Below, piece by piece: positions 33,168-45,655 of a stretch of 64,000 bases of DNA. Under the pieces are notes generated by a model that saw only the letters and a program-made list of their open reading frames with translations, was not told the origin of the DNA and ran no database searches. Source of the DNA: an uncultured Actinomycetota bacterium. GTDB lineage: Bacteria > Actinomycetota > Actinomycetes > JAHEKZ01. Within the stretch, counting starts at the first letter, position 1. Each line of letters starts with the position of its first letter. Location of the stretch: positions 128,001 to 192,000 of the forward strand of contig CAVURN010000002.1 in assembly GCA_963743915.1 (NCBI GenBank). Reading direction: 5' to 3'. Both the position numbers and the translations under genes were made by a program.

Positions 33168-34081
33168 CGGTGGGAGAGGATGTCCCCGTGACCCCCGCGA
33201 AGGACGACCCCCACGGCGAGGTGCTGGTCGTCACGGGCATGTCCGGTGCCGGCCGCAGCACCGCCGCCAACGCGCTGGAGGACCTCGGCTGGTTCGTGGT
33301 CGACAACATGCCTCCGTCGTTGCTGCCGCGCATGGTCGAGCTGGCGCGCCAGGGACGCGAGGACCGCCCCGCCGACCTCCGGATCGCCGCCGTCGTCGAC
33401 GTTCGCGGGGGTGAGTACTTCGGCGACCTGAAGGAAGCGCTCGCGGCCGTGCAGCAGGTTCGGCATCCGCCCACGCGTGCTCTTCCTCGAGGCCGATGAC
33501 GACGCCATCGTCCGGCGATTCGAGGCGTCTCGTCGGCCCCATCCGCTGCAGGGTGACGGACGCCTGGTCGACGGCATCGCGGCCGAACGGACGCTGCTCG
33601 GTGACCTCCGGGAGTCGGCGGACCTGCTGATCGACACCTCTCAGCTCAACGTGCACCAGCTGCGGAGCCGCATCGAGACGGCGCTGGGTCACGGAGCGGC
33701 ACGTCCGGTGCAGGTGACCGTCATGTCGTTCGGCTTCAAGTACGGCCTTCCGGTGGACGCCGACTTCGTGGTCGACTGCCGGTTCCTTCCCAACCCGCAC
33801 TGGGACCCCGAGCTGCGCCCGCTCACCGGGCCAGGACGAGTCCGTCGCGCAGTTCGTGCTCCGCCAGCCGAGCGCCGAGCCGTTCCTGGACGTCGCTCGC
33901 GGCGACACTCCGCGTGGTGCTCGACGGCTACCGCGCCGAGAACAAGCGCTACGCGACGATCGCCCTCGGGTGCACGGGTGGCAAGCACCGCAGCGTCGCG
34001 CTCTCGGAGGAGCTGGCGCGCCGGATCGCCGGGGACGACATGTCGATCAAGGTTGCCCACCGGGACCTCGGTCGTGAGTGA
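33164..34081 (+). CDS. rapZ: RNase adapter RapZ (YvcJ); three +1 frameshifts (about 33457, 33829, 33892)
   Basis: [33 protein letters not shown]; reconstructed [10 protein letters not shown]...HRDLGRE*. Confidence 0.85.
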
Positions 34082-35040
34082 GACCGCGCCCGCCGTCGTC
34101 GCCCTCGGGGGCGGCCATGGGCTCGCCGCGTCCCTGACCGCGCTGCGCCGGGTGACGTCGAACCTGACCGCTGTCGTCACGGTGGCGGACGACGGTGGCT
34201 CCAGCGGCCGGCTGCGGCGCGACCTGGGCGTCCTGCCGCCGGGGGACCTGCGGATGGCTCTGGCGGCCCTCTGCGAGGACGACGACTGGGGCCGGACCTG
34301 GAGCCGGGTGGTGCAGCACCGCTTCTCCGGACCGGGCGAGCTGGCCGGGCACAGCGTCGGCAACCTGCTGATCGTGGCGCTGTGGGAGCTCGGCGGCCGA
34401 CGACCCGGTGAACGGTCTGGACTGGGTGGGCCGGCTGCTGAAGGCGTCGGGGCGGGTGCTGCCCATGGCCACCGTCCCCCTCGACATCTCCGCCACGGTG
34501 TCCGACCGGGACGGCAGCACCCGCACCGTGCACGGTCAGGTCGCTGTCGCGACGACCACCGGTCGCATCCTCGATGTCACCCTGGCGCCGGAAGCCCCAC
34601 CCGCCTGTCCGGAGGCCGTCGCCGCGGTGGACGCGGCGGACTGGGTGGTCCTGGGCCCGGGGTCCTGGTTCACCAGCGTGATCCCGCACCTGCTCGTGCC
34701 CGCACTGTCAGCGGCGCTGCACCGTACGCCGGCGCGCCGGGTGGTGGTGCTGAACCTCGAGCCGCAGCCGGGGGAGACGAGTGGCTTCGCGCCGCACGCC
34801 TACCTGGAGGTGCTGGCCCGGCAGGCTCCCGAGCTGCGGATCGACGTCGTCGTGGCCGACGAGGGGAGCGTTGCCGACGTCAGCTCCCTGGAGGCCGCCG
34901 CTCACGCGCTCGGGGCCGAGGTCGTGTGCGCTCCGCTGCGGGGGACCGGCCCGCTGCCCCACCACGACCCCCAGCTGCTCGCCGAGGCCCTGACCTCGGT
35001 CCTGTCCGCCCCGCAGACGCCACGGACCACGCCGGAGTGA
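34074..35040 (+). CDS. yvcK: YvcK/CuvA family UDP-sugar-binding protein; +1 frameshift at about 34397
   Basis: [44 protein letters not shown]. Confidence 0.87.
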
Positions 35041-35053
35041 GAGGATGCCGCGC

Positions 35054-36034
35054 ATGGCCATGACCGCCCAGGTGAAGGACGAGCTCGCCCGGCTCACCAT
35101 CACCAAGCCCTGCTGCCGCAAGGCGGAGGTGTCAGCTCTCCTGCGCTTCGCGGGGGGTCTCCACCTCGTCAGCGGCCACATCGTGCTCGAGGCCGAGCTC
35201 GACACCGGAGTCGCGGCACGGCGGCTGCGCAAGGACATCGCGGAGATCTACGGCCACTCCAGTGAGCTGGCCGTCCTCGCCGCCGGAGGCCTGCGCAAGG
35301 GCACCCGCTATGTGGTGCGGGTGGTGCGCGACGGCGACTCCCTGGCCCGGCAGACCGGCCTGGTCGACGGGAGGGGTCGCCCCGTGCGCGGACTTCCGCC
35401 GCCCGTGGTCTCCGGTGCCCTGTGCGACGCCGAGTCGGCCTGGCGGGGAGCCTTCCTGGCGCACGGGTCGCTCACCGAGCCGGGACGTTCGTCCGCCCTG
35501 GAGATCACCTGTCCCGGGCCGGAGGCGGCTCTGGCCCTGGTGGGAGCCGCCCGACGTCTGGGCATCGCGGCCAAGGCTCGCGAGGTCCGTGGGGTCGACC
35601 GCGTGGTGATCCGTGACGGGGACGCCATCAGCGCCATGCTCACCCGGCTCGGGGCCCACGACAGCGTGCTCGCCTGGGAGGACCGCAGGATGCGCCGCGA
35701 GGTGCGGGCGACCGCCAACCGGCTGGCCAACTTCGACGACGCCAACCTGCGCCGCTCGGCCCGCGCGGCCGTCGCGGCGGGGGCACGGGTGGAGCGGGCC
35801 CTGGAGATCCTGGGCGACGAGGTCCCCGAGCACCTGGCCGTCGCGGGGCGCCTTCGCCTCGACCACAAGCAGGCCAGCCTGGAGGAGCTCGGGGCGCTGG
35901 CCGACCCACCGCTGACCAAGGACGCCATCGCCGGCCGGATCCGCCGGCTGCTGGCGATGGCGGACAAACGAGCCGCGGAGCAGGGCATCGAGGGCACCGA
36001 GGCGAACGTCACCGCCGACATGCTCCGGCTGTAG
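35054..36034 (+). CDS. whiA: DNA-binding protein WhiA
   Basis: [42 protein letters not shown]. Confidence 0.96.
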   Translation: MAMTAQVKDELARLTITKPCCRKAEVSALLRFAGGLHLVSGHIVLEAELDTGVAARRLRKDIAEIYGHSSELAVLAAGGLRKGTRYVVRVVRDGDSLARQTGLVDGRGRPVRGLPPPVVSGALCDAESAWRGAFLAHGSLTEPGRSSALEITCPGPEAALALVGAARRLGIAAKAREVRGVDRVVIRDGDAISAMLTRLGAHDSVLAWEDRRMRREVRATANRLANFDDANLRRSARAAVAAGARVERALEILGDEVPEHLAVAGRLRLDHKQASLEELGALADPPLTKDAIAGRIRRLLAMADKRAAEQGIEGTEANVTADMLRL

Positions 36035-37165
<1,131 letters not shown>

Positions 37166-37179
37166 AGGTTCTCGGCCCC

Positions 37180-38409
37180 ATGCGCTCTCTCGACGCGTTC
37201 TTGTCCTCGGAGGGTGCCGTCTCAGGTCGCCGCGTCCTCGTCCGCTCCGACCTCAACGTCCCCATGGCCGACGGCGCCATCACCGACGACGGACGGATCC
37301 GCGCGAGTCTGCCCACCCTGCAGCGACTCGTCGACGCCGGTGCCCGAGTCGTGGTGGTGGCACATCTCGGCCGTCCGAAGGGCCAGGTGGTCCCGGAGCT
37401 GTCGTTGGCGCCCGTCGCCGAACGGCTCGGGGAGCTGCTGGGCCGCGCGGTGCGGTTCGTCGATGCGTCCTCGGGGGAGCGGGCAGAGCACGCGGTCGAC
37501 GCGCTGGACGACGGCGAGATCGCGCTCCTGGAGAACGTCCGGTTCGACGCACGCGAGACCAGCAAGGTGGACGCCGAGCGGGCGGAGCTGGCCGAGCAGT
37601 ACGCCCGGCTGTGCGACCTGTTCGTCAGCGACGGCTTCGGGGTCGTGCACCGCAAGCAGGCGAGCGTCTACGACATCGCCCAACGGCGTCCGGCGCTCGC
37701 GGGTGGCCTGGTCGCCGGCGAGATGCAGGTGCTCACCCGGCTGATGTCACCGGAGCGCCCCTATGTCGTGGTGCTGGGGGGCTCGAAGGTGAGCGACAAG
37801 CTCGGCGTGATCGAACACCTGCTGGAACGGGTCGACCGGATGCTCATCGGCGGGGGCATGGTCTTCACGTTCCTCGCCGCCCAGGGGCATCCCACCGGCG
37901 ACTCGCTGCTCGAGGCCGACCAGGTCGACACCGTCCGCGGGCTGCTTGCGGACGCCGAGCGCCGTGGCGTCCGGATCGTGCTGCCCAGCGACATCGTCGT
38001 GGCCGACCGCTTCGCCGCGGACGCCGCTGCGGACGTGGTCGACGCCGCAGCGATTCCGGCGGGGACCATGGGTCTGGACATCGGTCCGCGCTCTCGGGAG
38101 GCGTTCGCCGCCGAGCTTGCCGACGCCCGCACGGTGTTCTGGAACGGTCCGATGGGCGTTTTCGAGTTCCCGGCGTTCGCGGCGGGCACCCGGGCGCTCG
38201 CCCAGGCGTTGGTCGACTGCCCCGGGTTCACCGTCGTCGGTGGTGGCGACTCGGCCGCCGCGGTGCGGACCCTCGGCTTCGACGAGTCCGCCTTCGGCCA
38301 CATCTCTACCGGAGGCGGGGCGTCCCTCGAGTACCTCGAGGGACGCGAGCTCCCCGGCATCGCGGTGCTCGACACCGCGGAGACACCCCCGAAGGACGGA
38401 GTCCGCTGA
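37180..38409 (+). CDS. pgk: Phosphoglycerate kinase
   Basis: [35 protein letters not shown]. Confidence 0.97.
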   Translation: MRSLDAFLSSEGAVSGRRVLVRSDLNVPMADGAITDDGRIRASLPTLQRLVDAGARVVVVAHLGRPKGQVVPELSLAPVAERLGELLGRAVRFVDASSGERAEHAVDALDDGEIALLENVRFDARETSKVDAERAELAEQYARLCDLFVSDGFGVVHRKQASVYDIAQRRPALAGGLVAGEMQVLTRLMSPERPYVVVLGGSKVSDKLGVIEHLLERVDRMLIGGGMVFTFLAAQGHPTGDSLLEADQVDTVRGLLADAERRGVRIVLPSDIVVADRFAADAAADVVDAAAIPAGTMGLDIGPRSREAFAAELADARTVFWNGPMGVFEFPAFAAGTRALAQALVDCPGFTVVGGGDSAAAVRTLGFDESAFGHISTGGGASLEYLEGRELPGIAVLDTAETPPKDGVR

Positions 38410-39185
38410 TGGCAGGCCGCAAGCCCCTGATGGCCGGCAACTGGAAGATGAACCTCAACCACTTCGAGGCCATGCACCTGGTGCAGGACCTCGCGTTCCG
38501 GTTGGGAGAGGCCGACCTCGAGGCGGTCGAGGTGGTGGTGCTGCCTCCGTTCACCGACATCCGGTCGGTCCAGACGCTGATCGACGCCGACCACCTGGCG
38601 ATCGGCTTCGGGGCACAGGACGTCTCGGTCCACGAGTCGGGGGCGTTCACCGGCGAGATCTCGGCGTCCATGCTGGCCAAGCTGGGGTGCGGCTACGTCG
38701 TGGTCGGTCACTCTGAGCGCCGTCAGTACCACGGCGAGGACGACTCCACGGTGGCGGCGAAGGCCAAGGCCACCCAGCGGCACGGCATGACCCCCATCGT
38801 GTGCGTGGGCGAGAACCTCGAGGTCCGGCAGGCGGGAAGCCACGTCGCGCATGTGCTCGAGCAGGTGCGCGGGTCGCTGGCCGACCTCGACCTCTCCTCG
38901 GTCGTGGTGGCGTACGAACCGGTGTGGGCGATCGGCACCGGTGAGGTGGCGACCCCCGACGACGCCCAGGAGGTGTGCCACGCGATCCGGTCACTGGTGG
39001 CCGACGATCACGGCGACGGCATCGCCGACGCCCTGCGGATCCTCTACGGCGGATCGGTGAAGGGGGACAACGCGCCCGGCATCATGGCGCAGCCGGATGT
39101 CGACGGTGCTCTGGTCGGCGGTGCGAGCCTGGTCGCCGAGCAGTTCGTGGCCATCGCCCGCTACCGCGTCGGGGCCGACGCCTGA
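38409..39185 (+). CDS. tpiA: Triose-phosphate isomerase
   Basis: [31 protein letters not shown]. Confidence 0.97.
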   Translation: MAGRKPLMAGNWKMNLNHFEAMHLVQDLAFRLGEADLEAVEVVVLPPFTDIRSVQTLIDADHLAIGFGAQDVSVHESGAFTGEISASMLAKLGCGYVVVGHSERRQYHGEDDSTVAAKAKATQRHGMTPIVCVGENLEVRQAGSHVAHVLEQVRGSLADLDLSSVVVAYEPVWAIGTGEVATPDDAQEVCHAIRSLVADDHGDGIADALRILYGGSVKGDNAPGIMAQPDVDGALVGGASLVAEQFVAIARYRVGADA

Positions 39186-39310
39186 CCCACCCACCCACCC
39201 CCGCGGGGGCGCGCGGAGGGGATTTCGGGGTGGGGCGGCCCGCTGACCAGGGTCTCCGCCTATCCTGGGGAGACCCCGGACAGGGGATCCCACTGCGAGG
39301 AGTCACCGAA

Positions 39311-39550
39311 GTGTCTGCCATCGAGATCGGCCTGCTGGTCGTCGTGAACATCACCAGCCTGATCCTGATCGCGCTCGTCCTGCTCCACAAGGGCAAGGGC
39401 GGCGGTCTCTCGGACATGTTCGGTGGCGGCTTCACCTCCTCGGTGGGGGGCTCGAACGTGGTCGAGCGCAACCTCGACCGCATGACCATCGCCACAGGCA
39501 TGATCTGGTTCGCGTGCATCGTGGGTCTCGGACTGCTGCTGGCCCAGTAG
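39311..39550 (+). CDS. secG: Preprotein translocase subunit SecG
   Basis: LLHKGKGGGLSDMFGGG...VERNLDR. Confidence 0.93.
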   Translation: MSAIEIGLLVVVNITSLILIALVLLHKGKGGGLSDMFGGGFTSSVGGSNVVERNLDRMTIATGMIWFACIVGLGLLLAQ

Positions 39551-39628
39551 TGGCACAGTAAGGTTCGCGAGGGTACGCGGGGGTTCGGCAGTGCGAGGAC
39601 GACGACTTGACGTGAAGGCGAGGAACTG

Positions 39629-39964
39629 ATGGCCGGTGGCAGTGCCATTCGTGGCAGTCGGGTGGGCGCAGGCCCGATGGGAGAGGCCGAGCGGGGAGAG
39701 CCGGCTCCGCGACGGCGCATCAGCTACTGGTGTGCCAACAGCCACGAGTCCCGTCCGAGCTTCGCCGACGAGGCCGAGATCCCCGAGACCTGGGACTGCC
39801 CGCGGTGCGGGCTCCCCGCCGGCCGCGACCGGGAGACGCCGCCGTCGGCGCCCAAGAACGAGCCGTACAAGACGCACCTGGCCTACGTGAAGGAGCGACG
39901 CTCCGACGCCGACGGCGAGGCGATCCTCGCCGAGGCGCTCGCCAAGCTGCGCGGCGAGGTCTAG
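39629..39964 (+). CDS. rbpA: RNA polymerase-binding protein RbpA
   Basis: AIRGSRVGAG, WDCPRCG, YKTHLAYVKERRS. Confidence 0.94.
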   Translation: MAGGSAIRGSRVGAGPMGEAERGEPAPRRRISYWCANSHESRPSFADEAEIPETWDCPRCGLPAGRDRETPPSAPKNEPYKTHLAYVKERRSDADGEAILAEALAKLRGEV

Positions 39965-39986
39965 CCCGGCACCAGGGTCCGGGGGC

Positions 39987-41123
39987 TCAGACTGCTGCCT
40001 GCGCGGTCGCGACCAGCGTCAGCAGCTCATCCCAGGCGTCGCTGAAGGACGCCACCCCCGCCTGCTCGAGCTCGCCCACCACGTCGTCGTACTCGATCCC
40101 CACCGCGCGCAGGTCGTCGAAGAGCTGGTCGTCCGCATCCGCGTCCGCGGGCGCGAGGCCGATGGCCGGTGGCCGCTCTGTCGTCCTCTGCTGGGCCGGC
40201 TCCTGCTGGATCGCGGACAGCGTGGCGGCGGGCATGGTGTTGACCGTGGAGGGGGCCACCAGCTCGTCGACGTAGCGAGTGGGCGGGAACGTCGGGTCCT
40301 TGGTGCTCGTGGACGCCCAGAGCGGCCGCTGGGGCAGGCTGCCGCGCTCGGCGAGGCTCTGCCACCGCGAACCGGCCATCAGCCCGGTGAACGAGCGGTA
40401 GGCGACGCGAGCGTTGGCGACCGCCGCTCGGCCGCGAAGGCGGCGGTGCGTCTCGTCGGCGATGTCCCCGGAGGCCACCAGCCGGTCGAGCCGTCCGTCG
40501 ACGGCGGTGTCGAGGCGGCTGACGAAGAAGGAGGCGACCGAGGCCAGCCGGCGCAGGTCGTGCCCGGCGATGTCGGCGGCCTCGAGTCCGGCCAGCCACG
40601 CCTGCTGCACCTCCGCGTACCGCTCGACGCTGAAGATGAGGGTCACGTTGACGCTGATCCCTGCTCCCAGGGCCGCGGTGATGGCGGGCAGCCCTTCCTT
40701 GGTCGCCGGGATCTTGACCATCAGGTTGGGACGGTCGACGTCCGACCACGCCCGCCGGGCCGCGGCCACGGTTCCCTCGGTGTCGAAGGCGAGCCGCGGG
40801 TCGACCTCGAGGGAGACCCGACCGTCGAGGCCGGACGACTCCTCGAACACGCCAGTGAAGGCGTCGCACGCGTCACGCACGTCGTCGACCATCAGCTGTC
40901 GGAGAGCCTCGTCAGGTGAGACCGGACCGAGCGACGCCAGTCGGTCGGCATAGGTGCTCCCCTGACGGACGGCAGCGGCGAAGATCGAGGGGTTGGTGGT
41001 GACGCCCCGGATGCCGACGTCGTCGATGAGGTGCCGCAGCTCGCCCGAGTCGATCCGGTCGCGGCCGAGGTCGTCGAGCCAGACCGAGACGCCGTGGCGT
41101 GCGAGGTCGCGGACGGCGTTCAC
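39987..41123 (-). CDS. tal: Transaldolase
   Basis: GVSVWLDDL, GVTTNPSIF, KIPAT, ASFFVSR, RPLWAST. Confidence 0.95.
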   Translation of the reverse strand: MNAVRDLARHGVSVWLDDLGRDRIDSGELRHLIDDVGIRGVTTNPSIFAAAVRQGSTYADRLASLGPVSPDEALRQLMVDDVRDACDAFTGVFEESSGLDGRVSLEVDPRLAFDTEGTVAAARRAWSDVDRPNLMVKIPATKEGLPAITAALGAGISVNVTLIFSVERYAEVQQAWLAGLEAADIAGHDLRRLASVASFFVSRLDTAVDGRLDRLVASGDIADETHRRLRGRAAVANARVAYRSFTGLMAGSRWQSLAERGSLPQRPLWASTSTKDPTFPPTRYVDELVAPSTVNTMPAATLSAIQQEPAQQRTTERPPAIGLAPADADADDQLFDDLRAVGIEYDDVVGELEQAGVASFSDAWDELLTLVATAQAAV

Positions 41124-43216
41124 GACGCATCCCGCACGGTGGCCAGGCTGATCCGAGCTGCCTCGGCCACCGCCTCGCCCGTCAGGCCGAACTCCCGGAA
41201 GAGCGTGGCCTGGTCGGCGGAGGCGCCGAAGTGGTCCAGACCGACGACTCGCCCGGCGTCGCCGACCCAGCGCCACCACGACAACGGCGAACCGGCCTCG
41301 ACGGCGACCCGTGCCCTCACCGTCGGGGGAAGGACGGTGTCGCGGTACTCGACGGGTTGCTGTGCGAACCACTCCAGGCACGGCATCGAGACGACCCGCG
41401 CCGCCACGGACTCGGTGGCCAGTGCCTGGGCTGCGGACACGGCGAGCTGCACCTCCGATCCGGTCGCGATCAGGACGACGTCGGGCTCGCCGTCGCTGTC
41501 CACCAGCACATACCCACCGCGGGCGACCGCCTCACGTGCGGACGCCGTGCCGGGCAGCACCGGGACGTTCTGACGGGTGAGCGCGAGGGCCACCGGGCCG
41601 GTTCCGTGCTCGAGGGCCGCAGCCCACGCCGCGACGGTCTCGTTGCCGTCGGCCGGGCGGACCACCGACAGGTTCGGGATGGCCCGCAGGGCCGCGAGGT
41701 GCTCGATCGGCTGGTGCGTCGGCCCGTCCTCGCCCACCCCGATGGAGTCGTGCGTCCAGACGTAGATCGTGGGAAGTCCCATGATCGCGGCCATCCGCAC
41801 CGAGGGCCGCATGTAGTCGCTGAAGACGAGGAACGTACCGACGTACGGGCGGGTGTGGCCCTCGAGCGCGATGCCGTTGGCGATGCCGCCCATCGCGTGC
41901 TCGCGGACCCCGAAGTGGAGGGTGCGGCCGTAGGGGTCCCCTGCCCACTTGGCCGACTGTCGGTCGAGCGGAAGCGCGGACGGCTGCCCGGGCATGCTGG
42001 TGTTGTTGGAGCCCGCGAGGTCCGCCGACCCGCCCCACAGCTCGGGCAGGACGTCGGCGAGCGCGGCCAGCGTCTTGCCGGAGGCGGAGCGCGTCGCGAC
42101 GGCGGTTCCCTCGTCGAAGGTCGGCAGGTGCAGACGCCAGCCGTCGGGCAGCTGCCCCTTGGCCAGTCGCTCCTGCAGGGCCACCCGCTCGGGGTTGGCG
42201 GCCGACCACGCGGCCGCGCGCTCCTGCCACTGGTGGTGCAGCTGCTTCCCGCGGTCGGCCACGGAGCGCGCGTGTGCGAGCACCTCGTCGTCGACCGCGA
42301 ACGACTCGTCCGGGTCGAACCCGAGCACCCGCTTGGTGGCGGCGACCTCGTCCGCACCCAGGGCTGTCCCATGGGCACCACCGGTGTTGGTGGCCTGCGG
42401 TGCCGGCCAGGCGATCTGCGAGCGCAGCCTGATGAAGGTGGGCGCCTCGTGCTGGTCACGAGCCGCGCGCAGGGCGGTGTCGAGCGCTGCCACGTCGACG
42501 TCGCCGTCAGGAGCGAGCTCGATCTCGTGGACGTCCCAGCCGTACGCCCGGTACCGGGCGGCGACGTCCTCGGTGAAGGCGATGGTGGTGTCGTCCTCGA
42601 TCGAGATGCGGTTGTCGTCCCAGATGAGCACCAGGTTGCCCAGGCGCTGGGTACCTGCGAGCGAGGAAGCCTCGGCCGAGATGCCTTCCTGCATGTCGCC
42701 GTCGCTGGCCATCACCCACACGGTCCAGTCGAACGGGCTGGTGCCCGGTGCGGCTTCCGGGTCCAGCAGACCGCGGACCCGGCGCTGGGCGAGGGCCAGG
42801 CCGACCCCGTTGGCAACCCCCTGGCCGAGGGGGCCCGTGGTGGTCTCCACGCCGGGGGTGTGACCCCACTCGGGGTGTCCGGGGGTGCGGCTGCCCCAGG
42901 TGCGCAGCGCCTGCAGGTCGGCCAGCTCCAGGCCGTACCCGGAGAGGTAGAGCTGCAGGTACAGCGTCAGGCTCGAGTGCCCCATCGAGAGCACGAAGCG
43001 GTCGCGACCGCTCCACGTCGGGTCATGGGGGTCATGACGGAGGTGCCGCTGGAAGAGCAGGTATGCGGCGGGCGCCAGGCTCATCGCCGTGCCGGGGTGG
43101 CCGTTCCCCACCTTCTGGACGGCGTCCATGGCGAGCACCCGGCAGGTGTCGACGGCCCGACGGTCCAGGTCGGTCCACGTGAGAGCGGTCGGTGCTGGGG
43201 TGGGGCGCTGGGTCAC
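41120..43216 (-). CDS. tkt: Transketolase
   Basis: GNGHPGTAM, TTGPLGQG, SDGDMQEG, THDSIGVGEDGPTHQP. Confidence 0.96.
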   Translation of the reverse strand: MTQRPTPAPTALTWTDLDRRAVDTCRVLAMDAVQKVGNGHPGTAMSLAPAAYLLFQRHLRHDPHDPTWSGRDRFVLSMGHSSLTLYLQLYLSGYGLELADLQALRTWGSRTPGHPEWGHTPGVETTTGPLGQGVANGVGLALAQRRVRGLLDPEAAPGTSPFDWTVWVMASDGDMQEGISAEASSLAGTQRLGNLVLIWDDNRISIEDDTTIAFTEDVAARYRAYGWDVHEIELAPDGDVDVAALDTALRAARDQHEAPTFIRLRSQIAWPAPQATNTGGAHGTALGADEVAATKRVLGFDPDESFAVDDEVLAHARSVADRGKQLHHQWQERAAAWSAANPERVALQERLAKGQLPDGWRLHLPTFDEGTAVATRSASGKTLAALADVLPELWGGSADLAGSNNTSMPGQPSALPLDRQSAKWAGDPYGRTLHFGVREHAMGGIANGIALEGHTRPYVGTFLVFSDYMRPSVRMAAIMGLPTIYVWTHDSIGVGEDGPTHQPIEHLAALRAIPNLSVVRPADGNETVAAWAAALEHGTGPVALALTRQNVPVLPGTASAREAVARGGYVLVDSDGEPDVVLIATGSEVQLAVSAAQALATESVAARVVSMPCLEWFAQQPVEYRDTVLPPTVRARVAVEAGSPLSWWRWVGDAGRVVGLDHFGASADQATLFREFGLTGEAVAEAARISLATVRDAS

Positions 43217-43386
43217 AGGTGTCCTTCGCTGCGGCCGCGGGGCCGCGAGTCGTCGGCATGATCGGGCGGTGCTGCGACGGGGAAGTGTGGGCGGTGCTTG
43301 TGTGATGCGCTGCCCGCTCGGCCAGCCTAGCGGGATACAGTGAGCGGCAGATCTGGGACCTGGCGGCCTGAGTGAACGAGGTGGAT

Positions 43387-44343
43387 GTGACCGTCGTCGA
43401 TGACGGCCTGGAGGCGGGGCGGACCCGCGCCCCCGTCCGCGTTCCCCGTGCTCCCACTGCATGGGCCACCGTGCGGGCCTACATCGCTCTCACCAAGCCG
43501 CGCATCATCGAGCTGCTGCTCGTCACGACGGTGCCCACGATGTTCCTGGCTGCAGACGGCGTCCCCTCGCTGCGCCTGGTGGCCGCCACCCTGCTCGGCG
43601 GCACGTTGGCCGCCGGGTCGGCAAACAGCCTCAACTGCTTCGTGGACCGCGACATCGACGGCGTGATGAGCCGCACGGGCCATCGGCCCCTGGCCACGCA
43701 TGCGGTCAGCCCGCGGGCGGCGCTCGTCTTCGGGCTGGTGCTCGGCGTGCTGTCGGTCGTCACGATGGCCCTGCTCGTCGGCGCGCTGGCCACGGGCCTG
43801 ACGGTGTTCGCCATCGCCTTCTACGTCCTCGTGTACACGATGGGCCTGAAGCGCCGGACGGCGTCCAACATCGTGTGGGGCGGCATCGCCGGCTGCATGC
43901 CGGTGCTGATCGGATGGGCAGCGGTCACCGGGTCACTGGCCGCCCCGGCGTGGGTGCTCTTCGCGGTGGTGTTCTGGTGGACGCCGCCGCACTTCTGGGC
44001 CCTGGCCCTGCGGTTCCGCGACGACTACGCCGCTGCCGGCGTGCCCATGCTGCCGGTGGTGGCCGAGCCGCGCGTCGTCGTCCGTCGCATGGTGGGCCAC
44101 TCGCTGGCCATGGTGGGAGCGTCGTTGGTGCTGTGGCCGGTGGCCGGGCTGTCGTGGCTCTACCTCGGGGTCGCCATCGCGCTCGGCGCCGTGTTCCTGG
44201 CCTCGATGTTCGCGCTCCGACGCCGCGTGCTCTCCGGCCTGCCCGAGGACCAGTGGCGCCCGATGGGGCTCTTCCACTGGTCGATCACGTACCTCACACT
44301 GCTCTTCGCCATGGTGGGTCTCGACCCCTTGCTGCCGTTCTAG
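43387..44343 (+). CDS. ctaB: Protoheme IX farnesyltransferase (heme O synthase)
   Basis: [30 protein letters not shown]; start 43372-43387. Confidence 0.94.
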   Translation: MTVVDDGLEAGRTRAPVRVPRAPTAWATVRAYIALTKPRIIELLLVTTVPTMFLAADGVPSLRLVAATLLGGTLAAGSANSLNCFVDRDIDGVMSRTGHRPLATHAVSPRAALVFGLVLGVLSVVTMALLVGALATGLTVFAIAFYVLVYTMGLKRRTASNIVWGGIAGCMPVLIGWAAVTGSLAAPAWVLFAVVFWWTPPHFWALALRFRDDYAAAGVPMLPVVAEPRVVVRRMVGHSLAMVGASLVLWPVAGLSWLYLGVAIALGAVFLASMFALRRRVLSGLPEDQWRPMGLFHWSITYLTLLFAMVGLDPLLPF

Positions 44344-44372
44344 CGGCGGCACCGGACGGCCGGGGACTCCTC

Positions 44373-45653
44373 TCAGCCGTCGTGCGCGCGGCCCAGATGG
44401 ACGGTCACGACTGCTCCACCCTTGGGCCCCTGCTCCCGCTCCAACGACCCGCCGGACGCCGCTGCGGTGCGGCGGGCGATGTCGAGTCCGAGACCGGTGG
44501 AGCCGGCGCCTGACCGTCCGCGGGTCTCCGCGTGCGCGAGCCGCCAACCCGGACCCTCGTCGGACACGGTCAGCACGACCTGCGCGCCCCCTGCGTCGAG
44601 ACTGATGGCGAAGGCGCAGCCGGACGGGGTGTGGGCGAAGACATTGCCGAGCAGGGCGTCGACCGTGGCCGCGAGGTCCGTGGCCGTGCAGGCGACGACC
44701 ACGGGGTGACCGGGGAGGGTCACGTCGACCCTCCGCTCCTCGTCCTCCGCCAGAGCCGACCAGAAGGCGATCCGGCCGCTGATGACGGCGTTGGCGTCGC
44801 ACCGAGCCTCCACGCCCTCGCGGATCGGTCGTCGTGCCTCGGTGATCACCGCGTCCACCGTGCGGGTGAGGGCCCCGATGTCGTCGACCAGGCGCTCCCG
44901 CTCCGGTCCGGCGGGCAGGCTCTCGGCGTCCAGGCGAAGCGCGGTGACCGGCGTGCGCAGCCGGTGGCTGAGGTCGGCCACGGCTTCGCGCTCCGCATGG
45001 AGGAGCTCGACGATGCGGCTGCCGAGACGGTTGAGCGCCACCGCCACCGACCGGGTCTCCGGCGGCCCTCGCGGTTCGGCACGGGCGTCGAGGTCTCCCG
45101 TGGCGAGCCGGTCGGCGGTCTGGGCGACCTCCTCGATCGGGGCGATGAACGACCGGGCCAGGCCGTCGGCCACCGCCAGGGCGAGGAGGAGCAGCACGAA
45201 GGCCAGGCCCAGCAGCGCCAGGCGTGCCTTGAGCACGCCCTCGCTCAGCTGGTCCTGTCCCACCAGGACCCGGATGACGGCGGTCCCCTCGGGCAGCCCC
45301 AGGATGGGCACGGCGACCTCGCGTCCGGCCTCGGTGTCGACCACCACCGTGCGCCCGGTCTTGGCCAGGCGCACAGCGTCCGAGACCGGGGCGGCGGCCC
45401 CGAGCTGGCCGGCACCCGGCAGGTACACGGTCACCGGCGGACCCTCGTCGGCGTTGATCTGGTCGACGGCCAGCCCCACCGCCCGCGGGGGGGCCTGACC
45501 GATCACCGGAACCAGGGACTGCACGCGCAGCACGGCGGTGGAGGTGGCACGGGTCTCGGCCACCGACTTCACCAGCACGGCGAGCGGGACGAGGAAGGCC
45601 AGCAGGATGAGCACGGACGTCGCGGTGACGGTGAGCAGCAGACGGCGGCGCAC
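44373..45653 (-). CDS. HAMP-domain sensor histidine kinase
   Basis: DLSHRLRTP H-box, NVFAH, DEGPG, GLGL. Confidence 0.92.
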   Translation of the reverse strand: MRRRLLLTVTATSVLILLAFLVPLAVLVKSVAETRATSTAVLRVQSLVPVIGQAPPRAVGLAVDQINADEGPPVTVYLPGAGQLGAAAPVSDAVRLAKTGRTVVVDTEAGREVAVPILGLPEGTAVIRVLVGQDQLSEGVLKARLALLGLAFVLLLLALAVADGLARSFIAPIEEVAQTADRLATGDLDARAEPRGPPETRSVAVALNRLGSRIVELLHAEREAVADLSHRLRTPVTALRLDAESLPAGPERERLVDDIGALTRTVDAVITEARRPIREGVEARCDANAVISGRIAFWSALAEDEERRVDVTLPGHPVVVACTATDLAATVDALLGNVFAHTPSGCAFAISLDAGGAQVVLTVSDEGPGWRLAHAETRGRSGAGSTGLGLDIARRTAAASGGSLEREQGPKGGAVVTVHLGRAHDG

Positions 45654-45655
45654 GG

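Noticed and set aside
33477-35063. Apparent 528-aa RapZ-YvcK fusion ORF
   Set aside because: Produced by indels; reconstruction gives RapZ ending at 34081 and YvcK starting at 34074
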